Shown: one piece after another, positions 8,969-17,896 of the stretch
How positions within the stretch are numbered: the stretch's first letter is position 1
How the letters are laid out: each line of letters opens with the position of its first letter
Assembly (NCBI GenBank): GCA_963796915.1
Contig: CAWCNI010000004.1
Location: 2,758 to 66,757 of the forward strand
DNA: 64,000 nt
From: Vicinamibacteria bacterium
GTDB taxonomy: Bacteria > Acidobacteriota > Vicinamibacteria > Vicinamibacterales > JAENWD01
Reading direction: 5' to 3'
Made by a program: the position numbers and the translations under genes
The notes under the pieces: model-generated
Seen by the model: the letters and a program-made list of their open reading frames with translations, nothing else
Told to the model about the DNA's origin: nothing
The model's database searches: none

Positions 8969-9110
8969 CGGCCGCGTGGTCACAAGTGGTCTTTCGACTC
9001 GCTCGCCAGCACGATCTGGCCACGCGATGAGGTCCGCGGTTGGCGCAACGTGCCTCGCGATCCATTCACGCAGCAGCGCGCTACAGGTGCGATTGACGGT
9101 GTCGGTGAGT

Positions 9111-9572
9111 TCAGAAAGTCACGGTGTACTGGAACTGGTACGTCGGCGGAAGCACGATCTCACACGGGAACGGCGCCCCGACTACCTCCCTGCCGTCGCA
9201 GTACTGCAGCGCAGCCACGATAAAGATCCGATAGCAGCCCGACGGTACGTCGATCGAGGTACTCCCGGCACCGGCAGGGATTGTGCGGTACGCGAACTCT
9301 TCATACCCGCCGTCACTCGGCTTGGCGAAGCTGACGTTCACGTCGCTGTTCGGACTGTCAACCGCCACCGTGATCGTGGTGGCAGCCGTAACGCATGGAC
9401 CTACCAATGCTCGCTCCGGAGCGCCACCGTTGAGCCCATACGGGCCGACCTGCGATGTTCCCTGCACCGGTGACGTCAGAACCGGGACCGGAATCCCCGC
9501 CTGAACGCAGCCAGCCAGCATCACGACCGACACCACCGCAATGAGAAAATCCCGCTACCCGCCTGCCCGTCA
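9111..9572 (-). pseudogene. lipoprotein of unknown function, frame switch inside the signal peptide
   Basis: The listed ORF starts VVSVVMLAGCVQAG (lipobox LAGC). The ATG at 9572 gives MTGRRVAGF, which joins this frame only if one base of the aaaa run (9546-9549) is removed. Confidence 0.5.
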
Positions 9573-9865
9573 TGGCAACCCCCTCAGAGCCGAAGGGGAA
9601 CCTACCTGAAGTTGCACTCGTCTCGTGTCCATTTTGTCGGCGGCCGACGGCGACAACCACTTGCGAGGTCGCTACTCCGCGCCGTACTGGATCAAGGATC
9701 GGGTCTCATCCGTAAGGCCCGCGATCCGCCGATGCATTGGTCGCCATCAACGGCCTCCAACGTGCGACAGATCCGGACGCCTCCTAGGAAGTGCTTGACC
9801 TTTCAACCATCGCCTGAGAAGATCCGTCGGGCTGGGCGCGGGGCTCAGGCGAGGGGGAGAGAATC

Positions 9866-10441
9866 ATGTTCGGACGACGGTCCATTGGCGTTGTCGTGCT
9901 CGTAGTCGTGTCCACGCTGGCGTGTGCGTGCGTTGCACTTCCACCAGCTCCGTCCTATCAATACCCGTACGACGGCAAGGTGTTCATCACGTACGAGTTG
10001 CGCGACGCCGCAAACAACGTGATCAGCCACGGAAGCGGTGAGGTCAAGCGGACAAGCCGGAACAGCACGAACTACAAGCAGGTGGAGAGCAGCGGGTTCA
10101 ATTACCTCACACACGACCGTACTGAGAAGGACCTCGCGGCGGACGGCTTCGACGGGCCGCTGGGTGAGTTCGAGTGGCGGCGTTACGACAAGACGTCGTC
10201 GTGGTGCACCGAGTGCATTCCGTTCGTCGAAAACTGGATGTGGCTCTGGCTGCCGTACGTGCCCGGAGAGCAACGTCAGGCCCTCAGCTTCTACGAGGCG
10301 GACGCCCACGTGATCATCCAGGATCCGGTCGTGGAGCCGATGGCGGAGTGCGACGACGGGGACGCCGAGGTGTACCGGGCGAGCGGGCCGCTCTCACCGG
10401 ACTCGACCCAGTCAGGCTCGGTCACCATCGCCAACTGCTGA
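9866..10441 (+). CDS. secreted hypothetical protein
   Basis: A GGGGGAGAG RBS precedes the start. The N-terminus MFGRRSIGVVVLVVVSTLACACVALP is a signal peptide. I recognise no family. Confidence 0.5.
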   Translation: MFGRRSIGVVVLVVVSTLACACVALPPAPSYQYPYDGKVFITYELRDAANNVISHGSGEVKRTSRNSTNYKQVESSGFNYLTHDRTEKDLAADGFDGPLGEFEWRRYDKTSSWCTECIPFVENWMWLWLPYVPGEQRQALSFYEADAHVIIQDPVVEPMAECDDGDAEVYRASGPLSPDSTQSGSVTIANC

Positions 10442-10497
10442 CCGGCCGCAGAACCGACGTGGCATCGCAAAGCTCGCACGGCAGAGGAGAAAATGAG

Positions 10498-10734
10498 ATG
10501 AGGAAGAAGCTCTTGTTGATGATGGTGGTCACCACCGTCCTGGCAGTGAGCGCTGCGGCCTGCACGCCGTCGGCCCCGGGCGAGGGACCGCCGAGCGAGC
10601 TGGCGGCGGGCTTCGCGCTCGGCGGCGCTCCAGTTGCTGCTCGCGATCATCGCAGCGGGTCAGACAGGCGCCTCATTCTGCATCACCCTCATCTGCGGGC
10701 CCGTCTAGCAGGTACCAGCGCCCCGAGAGCATGA
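10498..10734 (+). CDS. short lipoprotein-like ORF (possibly truncated)
   Basis: MRKKLLLMMVVTTVLAVSAAACTPSAPGEG has a signal peptide and lipobox. The 3' part overlaps an IS6-like scrap on the opposite strand and looks non-native. Confidence 0.3.
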   Translation: MRKKLLLMMVVTTVLAVSAAACTPSAPGEGPPSELAAGFALGGAPVAARDHRSGSDRRLILHHPHLRARLAGTSAPRA

Positions 10735-10780
10735 TCACCTCGGGAGGGAAACGGAACCCAGCGAACGCGGGCAGCTCCGA
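10700..10780 (-). mobile_element. IS6-family transposase N-terminal scrap
   Basis: The minus-strand translation FAGFRFPPEVIMLSGRWYL resembles the conserved IS6/IS26 N-terminal motif (F.(G/W)RHF..(E/D)VI...VRWYLRY). Only about 20 codons remain. Confidence 0.3.
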
Positions 10781-10965
10781 CGCGACGGGTTTGGACAGGC
10801 TGCGACATCTCATCCCTGCACACTCACTCGGCAGCGACGCGATCCGCCGATGCAACAGCGCCCATCGGAGTATCAGAACCCGAGGAGCAAGGTGACGACG
10901 AAGTCCGCCACGAACGCCTGACCAGCTGTCGTGACCGGCCGGCCCCGGAAGAGGTGATCGACACC

Positions 10966-11668
10966 TCAGGGCAGGTGTGCCGCGATCTCGTCGTCCATGC
11001 AATCGGCGAACGTGGTGTATCCGGGTGTGTCGGGGTGCCAGACGCTCTCCATCAACTCCACGTCGGTTCGCCCGTACTCAGGAGCGAGCTGCTCCACCGG
11101 CGCGCCGTCGAGGTCGACCGACCCGTTGCACTCGAGGAGCGACCCGCCCACCTGGCCCGGCTGGCGAAGCCAGTCATTGAAGGCCGCTCGGTTGATGAAC
11201 CTGCCGTCCGCGGCCGTGAACGTGGGGGTGAGGAGCCGCGGAAGGATCGGAACCCAGGCCGTTGCCACACCGTGGGCATCGAGTGCGGCCGACAGTCCCG
11301 TCAGCGCTGCCTCCATCGCGTCCGGGGAGTCGCCTTGCGCCAGGTCGTTCACGCCACCGGAGATCACCACCAGGCCGACGTTCTCGCACACGTCGAGCTG
11401 GGCCAGAAGCCGCTGGGGAATGCTCAGGGTGATCTCGACATCGTCCATCTCGGGGGCGGAGTAGGAGGCTCCGCCCCGGCTGAGGTTGAGTACCGTCGTC
11501 CCCGGCGGCAGGTGCAGGTAGGACGACCAGCCACTCGTGACCGAGTCCCGAGTGGCTTGAGCTCAGAACCTCAGACACGAACATCCGAGGCACGAACACC
11601 TCGAGTGTGACGACCGGGCACGGTTCAGGTCTGAAAAGAAGTGACTTGGAATCCCGGCAGGAGGGCAT
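10966..11668 (-). pseudogene. SGNH/GDSL hydrolase, frame switch at block I
   Basis: The listed ORF holds block III (VVISGGVNDL) and C-terminal blocks. Block I (DSVTSGWSSYL...NLSRGGAS) is in frame just upstream, after a stop. The N-terminal part (..MFVSEVLSSSHSG) is in another frame. The switch is at the ccc/ggg run ~11547. The start is uncertain. Confidence 0.6.
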
Positions 11669-11711
11669 AGAGAGGCAGCACTCCGAACGGGGGGCGGAAG
11701 GAGAAAGTCAG

Positions 11712-11870
11712 ATGGCTTTCATTTTGTGGATCATCGCAGTCGTACTCGTCATCGCCGGAATCATCACGTTGATCTCCGGTTCGGTGATCTTCGGCATCGT
11801 GCTCATCGTGGTTGGACTACTGGTGGGTCCCGGCGGTGTCTCGATTTTCAGTCGAAGCAACAGGGTCTGA
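11712..11870 (+). CDS. small two-TM membrane protein
   Basis: A GGAAGGAG RBS precedes the start. MAFILWIIAVVLVIAGIITLISGSVIFGIVLIVVGLLVGPGGVSIF (52 aa). Confidence 0.45.
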   Translation: MAFILWIIAVVLVIAGIITLISGSVIFGIVLIVVGLLVGPGGVSIFSRSNRV

Positions 11871-12140
11871 CGGGAGCCTTCCTTCGGACGCATCCGCGGG
11901 TGGGGTGGGGACGATCGCAGCGAGTCCTTCGAGGATCAATCCATTCGCCGGGCTGGCAACCATCACCTAAGCGGAGATCGCTGCATCCTGCCTTCAGCCG
12001 ACCCGCCCACGCCGTCGACCACATGTGGTTGTAGACGATGAGGGGGAGCGCCCCGCGGAACACGTCCACCAGTCGGGTTGGGCTGATGGTCCTGGTCCGG
12101 ACAGGTCTGGGAGGCGCGCGCCTGCACTCGGGAACCAATT

Positions 12141-12790
12141 TCACGAGGAAGGATCTGCGGTCCGACGACGACGTCTCTGCGTCACGATCAGCGCGCTGGC
12201 CCCGACGAGGACGGAAAGGGCGACGACGGTCCAGCCGAGTAATCGGTCGGAGGGTGTCGCGGTCGGTGTCAGCCGGTGTCGACGACCCCGAACTGAGGAC
12301 CGTTTCTGGGCCCAGCTCCTGTGGAGCATCGCCCGACAGCGATCGCGTGCCGCCGCACAGGCCGGCATTCACGAGACCCCGTGCGTCTTCGTTGGCGAAC
12401 ATCAGGTACCGACCGGCCATCGGTGTACCGAGACCACAGCTGCCCGAGTCGCTGGTCGTGTTGACCTTCGATTCGGGTTCGACCGTGCCCTTGTACACCC
12501 GCTCGACACGGAAGGTGACGTCGATCGGCTTGCTCCCGGGTTCGACGTCGCCAGTCGGGGCGATCACGGTGCCGGCGAATACCACGTCGGCCTTTTCGAG
12601 TTGGTCCGCGATGCTCGACTCGATGCATGAGCACGCTGCTGCTGGCGCAGCGGACACCACCACGAGAATCGCCCCCAGTGTCGCCACGAGGGTGAGGATT
12701 CCGCCTGCCCGGGTGACCCGCTCGGCGCGGATGGTCCGCCGCGTTCGCCGAGCCTCGCGCTGTGTTGTTCCTCGGTGCTTCAGGGTCGTC
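12141..12790 (-). pseudogene. secreted CxC-N-terminus (TIMP-like) protein with C-terminal membrane anchor, frame switch ~12250
   Basis: Signal peptide ..GGILTLVATLGAILVVVSAAPAAA, then CSCIESSIADQLEKADVVFAGTVIAP...FRVERVYKG...SCGL...YLMFA...GLCGG. The C-terminal anchor LLGWTVVALSVLVGASALIVTQRRRRR is in another frame (ORF 12141-12368). The start codon is uncertain. Confidence 0.45.
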
Positions 12791-12995
12791 TCTCCCGGTC
12801 TTGCCGATGTCAGCCCGACGAACGACCAGCCATGGTGGTTCCCGCATGGCCGATGACGCCCCACTGCAACCCACCGAACATTACGCGACACATCGAGTGG
12901 AGATCAGACAGACGTCGACCGTGGGTTCATTCGCATCACGGGTAACGTCGGCTCGGCGGCGCTCCAGCACCACTACCGTCGACGACGCCGGTCCT

Positions 12996-13856
12996 TCATA
13001 GGACGCCCAGCTGTGACGATTCTGCGGCTGTCGACGTTGGGACGGGTTGAGGTCCGTCATGATCGGTCGGGCCACCGCGTTGCGCCGAGGCCACTTCGCC
13101 CATGGTGTCGACGCCAGGCCCGTCGTCATCGTCGTCGGCGACGATGACGAGCGGCGAAGCGTCGTGGAGCTGGCGCACGACCCGGGCTGGTGAGCCCACC
13201 GCCACCGTGTAGGACGGCAGGTCGTCGCAGACGACCGAGTTCGCGCCCACCGTGACGTGGTCGCCAATCGTGACGCCTGGGAGCACGACGACGCCGGTCC
13301 CGAGCCACGAGCCGTCGCCGATGCGGACGGGCTGCGCAGGCTCCATGCGGAGACCGATCGGAACGGTCGGGTCCGACGGGTCGTGATCGGCATCGGTTAT
13401 GTACACGCCGGGTCCCAGCCACACGTCGTCGCCGATCTCGACGTGGCGGTGCGCTACGACCGAGAGGCTCTGCGCCGCCCACACCCGCGAGCCGATCTCG
13501 ATCATCGGCGTCGTGCCGCCGCGATCACCATCTTCCGGAACGGCCGCCAGGCTGGCGCCCGCCGAGATCAGCGTGTCAGCCCCGATCGTGATCCGCTCCA
13601 CGCCCAGCAGCGTGGAGTGCGGCTGTTGGATCATCGACCGCTCACCGAACGCAGCGAACCCGAGGCGGTGGCCGTCGGCGGCACCGATGTAGGCCCACCG
13701 CAGCACCTCGCGGGCCACGCCGACGGCCGCGGTGGCGGTGGCGTGCATCAACGGGTGGACCAGCCGGACCCTCACAGCTCCGACGAGGCGGGTCGGTGCG
13801 AGAGCGTGGAGGCACGGGATCGGCACGGCAGGACGGTAGCAACAGGCCCTGCGCAT
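12996..13856 (-). CDS. hexapeptide-repeat (left-handed beta-helix) acyltransferase
   Basis: Repeats such as IGADTLISAGASL, IGSRVWAAQSLSV, IGDDVWLGPGVYI, IGDGSWLGTGVVVLPGVTIGDHVTVGANSVV are present. The ORF-track 599-aa version runs on as antisense of the helicase. A start at 13856 or further downstream is possible. Confidence 0.7.
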   Translation of the reverse strand: MRRACCYRPAVPIPCLHALAPTRLVGAVRVRLVHPLMHATATAAVGVAREVLRWAYIGAADGHRLGFAAFGERSMIQQPHSTLLGVERITIGADTLISAGASLAAVPEDGDRGGTTPMIEIGSRVWAAQSLSVVAHRHVEIGDDVWLGPGVYITDADHDPSDPTVPIGLRMEPAQPVRIGDGSWLGTGVVVLPGVTIGDHVTVGANSVVCDDLPSYTVAVGSPARVVRQLHDASPLVIVADDDDDGPGVDTMGEVASAQRGGPTDHDGPQPVPTSTAAESSQLGVL

Positions 13857-14007
13857 GGCGTAGCCGGTGAGGTCGACTTCCGAGGCCAGCCGAGTGATGG
13901 GGCTCCACACCCCTCGGCCATGTACTGGGGTGAACCCGCCCTCCATCTGTCCCCAAAATCGTGCAGCGGGTTCCAGGCTGGTGGGCGGCGCTACCCGGGC
14001 AACTTGG

Positions 14008-16546
14008 CTATTGACAGCTGACGTCGGTGATGTGGACGACGGCTCGGCCGGCTTCGTCGCTGGCGGCGAGGTCGACGAGGGCGAGGATGCGCCAGTCGTG
14101 GTCATCGGCGGGGTCGTGGAGGATCTGGCGGACCGACCAGCAGCCGGGGTGGTCGACCGGGTGCTCGTCGACCAGGAGCAGGGCGGGGTTGCGGGCGTCG
14201 GAGCCGATGCCGATGGTGCCGTGCTCCTCGAAGTACGGAGCCATCGCGTCGAACCACCGCTGGGCGGTCCACCCGTCGTCGCCGTCGAGCGCCTCCAGCT
14301 CCTGCCACTGCCGGGTGCCGATGTACTCCACCCGTTGGAACAGGGCGTTGCGCACCAGCACGGTGAACGCCCGGCGGTTGGCCGTGAGGGCCGGCGGGGG
14401 CCGGTCGATGGGCGAGGCCTCGACCTCGCTTCCGGGCTCGGCGCTCGGGTTGCGCAGCTCTTCCCACTCGTCCAGCAGGCTGGAGTCCACCTGGCGGACC
14501 AGCTCGCCCAGCCACTCGGTGAGGTCGATGAGCTCGTCGGTCTTGGCGTCCTCGGGGATCGTCCGCATGAGGGTCTTGTAGACGTCGGACAGGTAGCGCA
14601 GGACGGTGCCCTCGGAGCGGGCCAGGTTGTAGAAGCGGATGTAGTCGCCGAAGTCCATGGCCCGCTCCCACAGGTCCCGGGCGACGGACTTGGGCGAGAG
14701 CGGGTGCTCGTCCACCCAGGGGTTGCGCTCGCGGTAGACGCCGAACATCGGCTCGAGCAGCTCGGCGAGCGGCTTGGGCCACGTGATCTCGTCAAGCGCC
14801 GCCATCCGCTCGTCGTACTCCATGCCCTCGGCCTTCATCGCTGCCACCGCTTCGCCCTTGGCCTTGAACAGCTGGGCGCTCAGGATCTGGCGGGGGTCGT
14901 CGAGCACGGCCTCGATGACCGACACGGTGTCGAGCACGTAGGTGTCGGACTCGGGGTCGAGCAGGTCGAGCGCGGCGAGGGCGAACGGCGCCAGCGGTTG
15001 GTTCAGGGCGAAGGTCTGCTGGAGGTCGATGGTGACTCGGACGGTGCGGCCGAAGTCGTCGGGCTCGTCGAGCTCCTCCACCACCTCGGCGTCGAGGAGC
15101 GAGGCGAACAGGTCCTCGGCGCGGGCCACGTGCTCGGCCTGCTTGGCTTCGGTCTCGTAGTTCTCCGTGAGCAGGTGGTGGAGCGCAGCCCGTCCGTCTC
15201 CGGGCCGGTCGAGCACGTTGAGCAGCATCGAGTGGCTCACCGTGAAGGTGGATGTGAGCGGTTCGGGCGGCGCGGCCACCAGGCGGTCGAACGTGGGCTG
15301 ACCCCACGACACCTGGCCCGGGCGGCGGCTTCTTCTTCTGGATCTTGCGGACCTTCTTGTCCTGCTCGGTCCTCGCCGCCGCCTTCGCGGCCGCCTTGTG
15401 GTTCTCGATGACGTGGTCGGGGGCGAGGGCGATGACGGTGCCCATCGTGTCGAAGCCGGCCCGCCCGGCGCGGCCGCCGATCTGGTGGAACTCCCGCGCG
15501 CTGAGGAGGCGGGTCGACGTGCCGTCGTACTTGGCGAGGGCGGTGAAGACCACGGTGCGGATGGGCACGTTGATGCCGACGCCGAGGGTGTCGGTCCCGC
15601 AGATGACCTTGAGCAGCCCGGCCTGGGCCAGCCGCTCCACCAGGCGCCGGTACTTGGGCAGCATCCCCGCGTGGTGGACGCCGATGCCGTGGCGCACGAA
15701 CTTGGCGAGCGTCTTGCCGAACCCGGGGGCGAAGCGGAACCCGCCGATGAGCTCGGCGATCTCGTCCTTCTCGGGTCGGGTGAGCAGGTTGACGCTCATC
15801 AGCGACTGCGCCCGCTCGACCGCGGATGCCTGGGTGAAGTGCACGACGTACACGGGGGCCTGGTGCGTGGACAGCAGCTCCTCGAGCACCTCGGTGAGCG
15901 GCGTCATCCGGAACTCGTGGACGAGTGGGATGGGGCGGGTGGCCGAGCGGACCACGGCGACGGGCCGGCCGGTGCGCTCGGGGAGCGTCTCGGTGAACCG
16001 GGTCACGTCGCCGAGCGTGGCGGACATCAGGATGAACTGTGCGTCGGGCAGTTCGAGCAGCGGGACCTGCCACGCCCAGCCGCGGTCGGGGTCGGCGAAG
16101 TAGTGGAACTCGTCCATGACGACCTGGCCGACGTCGGCGTCGCGGCCCTCGCGCAGGGCGAGGTTGGCGAGGATCTCCGCGGTGCAGCAGATGATCGGGG
16201 CATCGGGGTTGACCGAGGCGTCGCCGGTGAGCATGCCGACGTTGTCGGCCCCGAACGTGGCCGACAGGTCGAAGAACTTCTCCGACACGAGGGCCTTGAT
16301 GGGTGCGGTGTAGTAGCTGCGGCGCCGATCGGCCAGGGCGGCGAAGTGGGCGGCGACCGCGATCAGGCTCTTGCCGGACCCGGTGGGCGTGTCGACGATG
16401 ACGTGGGACCCGGCGACGATCTCCAGGAGGGCTTCCTCCTGGTGCGGGTACATCGTGAGCCCGCTGGCCTCGACCCAGCCGAGGAACGCGTCCATGACCG
16501 CATCGGGATCGGGTGGCGTCGGGATGAGCTGGCCCAGGTCGGTCAC
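14008..16546 (-). pseudogene. DEAD/DEAH-box (Ski2-like) helicase with DUF3516-type C-terminal domain, one frame switch ~15315
   Basis: N-terminal part from the GTG at 16546: ..[29 protein letters not shown]...VMDEFHYF...LMSATLG...HHAGMLP...GRAGRAGFD...[10 protein letters not shown]. It then continues in another frame: (V)[18 protein letters not shown]...to 14008. An extra c in gggccagg accounts for the switch. Confidence 0.85.
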
Positions 16547-16772
16547 CTCGGCAGCGTAGGAGGCCCCGACCCATGTGGCCGTCACGCCGGTGGCCCCGAG
16601 CAATGGCAGGAGTCCTTCGCCTTCAGCTCCAAGGTCTTCCCCGAGGCGACTGAGACGCAAAATCCTGAATATCGTCCCTACATTCGTTTCGCGTTCGAGC
16701 CTCTAGCCAGTAAACCAGCGTTGGGCATCACGCCGCTTAGAACCGCCCCCATTCCAAGAGGTGGTGGGGCAA

Positions 16773-16890
16773 AGGTGCAAGTCCCCCTCCGACACGCTCA
16801 GAACCACATGAAGGGCGGGCCCGGACCCGCACCACTCGGTCGGCGGGTTCGCACATCCCAGTTCGGCATGGCCTGAACCGAGGTCCTGGG
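16773..16890. repeat. non-coding element, copy 2, in the helicase/permease divergent intergenic region
   Basis: It shares the caagtccccc(c)tccgacacgc..gaacc core and the gggttcg.c..tcccag / aggtcc.gg blocks with 8883-8968. It contains long-range complementary segments gaggtggtgggg (16759-16770) and cccgcaccactc (16825-16836). Confidence 0.5.
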
Positions 16891-16992
16891 GTCTGACCCC
16901 CGGCAAAGGTCTCCTCCCAGTGAGGGGTGATAGCACTAGGGCGCGGCCCGGGCTGCGCGCGCCCTTGGCACCGCTTCGTCAAGCGGGCAACA

Positions 16993-17895
16993 GTGAGCAG
17001 GTGTCGGTACGCTTGGTACCGGTTTCGGGTCACGTGGCGAGTTCGCCGCGTGTGGGTGCTATCGCTCTGGTCGTATTCCTCGGAATCGTGGGGGGATTGG
17101 CCCTCGGCGCTATCGCTGCGGCGCGGGCGGACTCCGACTCGTCCTACCGGACTTCCTGGCTCGGACGAATCCTTCGGATCTGTCGATCGGAACGGCCGTT
17201 TATGACCCGTCACGTCCGGGCCGAACCTGGCGTACGACCCGTCGATCGCCCGGCAGCTCCGGCGGCTTCCTGGTGTGCGTGGGGTCGAGTCTTTGGTTGA
17301 TCTGGACAGCTACCCGCTCCGAGCCGAACGGGTCGATCGAGAACGTTTCGGTGCCCTTCGTTGGCAGTGTCGACGGAGAGTTCTTCGATCAGGACCGGGT
17401 CGCGATCACCAGCGGGCGCCTTCCGATCCGAAGCGGGCGGACCAGATCGTCATGTCGGCCGACGTCGCCCACTTCTTCCACCTCCACATCGGCTCGACGA
17501 TCTCGTTTGCGCTTCTTCACGAACGCCGAGAACGCCGAGCCGGGCATCTCGACGGCCACCGAGCGCCGACACCTCGTGCGGGCCGTCACCCTCGCCGGCA
17601 TCGCGAGTGTTCGACACCGCCGTGGTTCAGGACGACATCGACGCCCAGGTCCCCGGCGGCGTCATCTTCACTCCGGCACTGACCCGCCGGTTGGCGGCCT
17701 GTTGCGCGCAGGACAGCAAGAGTTCGATCAAGCTGATCCACGGCGCCGCCGAGCGGAACACGTTCGAGTCCGAGGTCGACCGCCTCCATCCGGGCGCCTC
17801 CGCGCATGTGTCGAATCCCTCGTTCATCGTCGAGAAGACGCAGCGGGCAATCCAACCCGAGGCGGTCGCCCTGGCCGTGTTCGGCGCCATCGCCC
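16993..17895 (+). pseudogene. FtsX-family ABC transporter permease, N-terminal third, multiple frame switches, truncated at ~17.9 kb
   Basis: Pieces lie in all three frames: RYAWYRFRVTWRVRR / VGAIALVVFLGIVGGLALGAIAAAR / SYPDFLARTNPSDLSIGTAVYDPS / AYDPSIARQLRRLPGVRGVESLVDLDSYPL / GSIENVSVPFVGSVDGEFFDQDRVAITSGRLP / DPKRADQIVMSADVAHFFHLHIGSTISFA / ...RAIQPEAVALAVFGAIAL. Homology stops at ~17895. Confidence 0.6.
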
Positions 17896-17896
17896 T

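Noticed and set aside
12996-14795. 599-aa ORF suggesting a large fusion protein
   Set aside because: Only the C-terminal ~280 aa (hexapeptide acyltransferase) look real. The upstream part is antisense or out of frame relative to the helicase C-terminal domain and is Pro/Arg/Ser/Thr-rich noise.
8883-16890. Integrated genomic island bounded by the two repeat copies as attL/attR
   Set aside because: No integrase, recombinase, excisionase or conjugation gene lies between them. The repeats are diverged rather than identical.
16759-16920. Cobalamin riboswitch
   Set aside because: Two motifs resemble the GGTG.GAATCC and CCCGCCACTG boxes, but they are separated by ~45 nt instead of a few. The only good B12-box-like string is on the opposite strand, so the canonical architecture is not met. 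A covariance-model search is needed.
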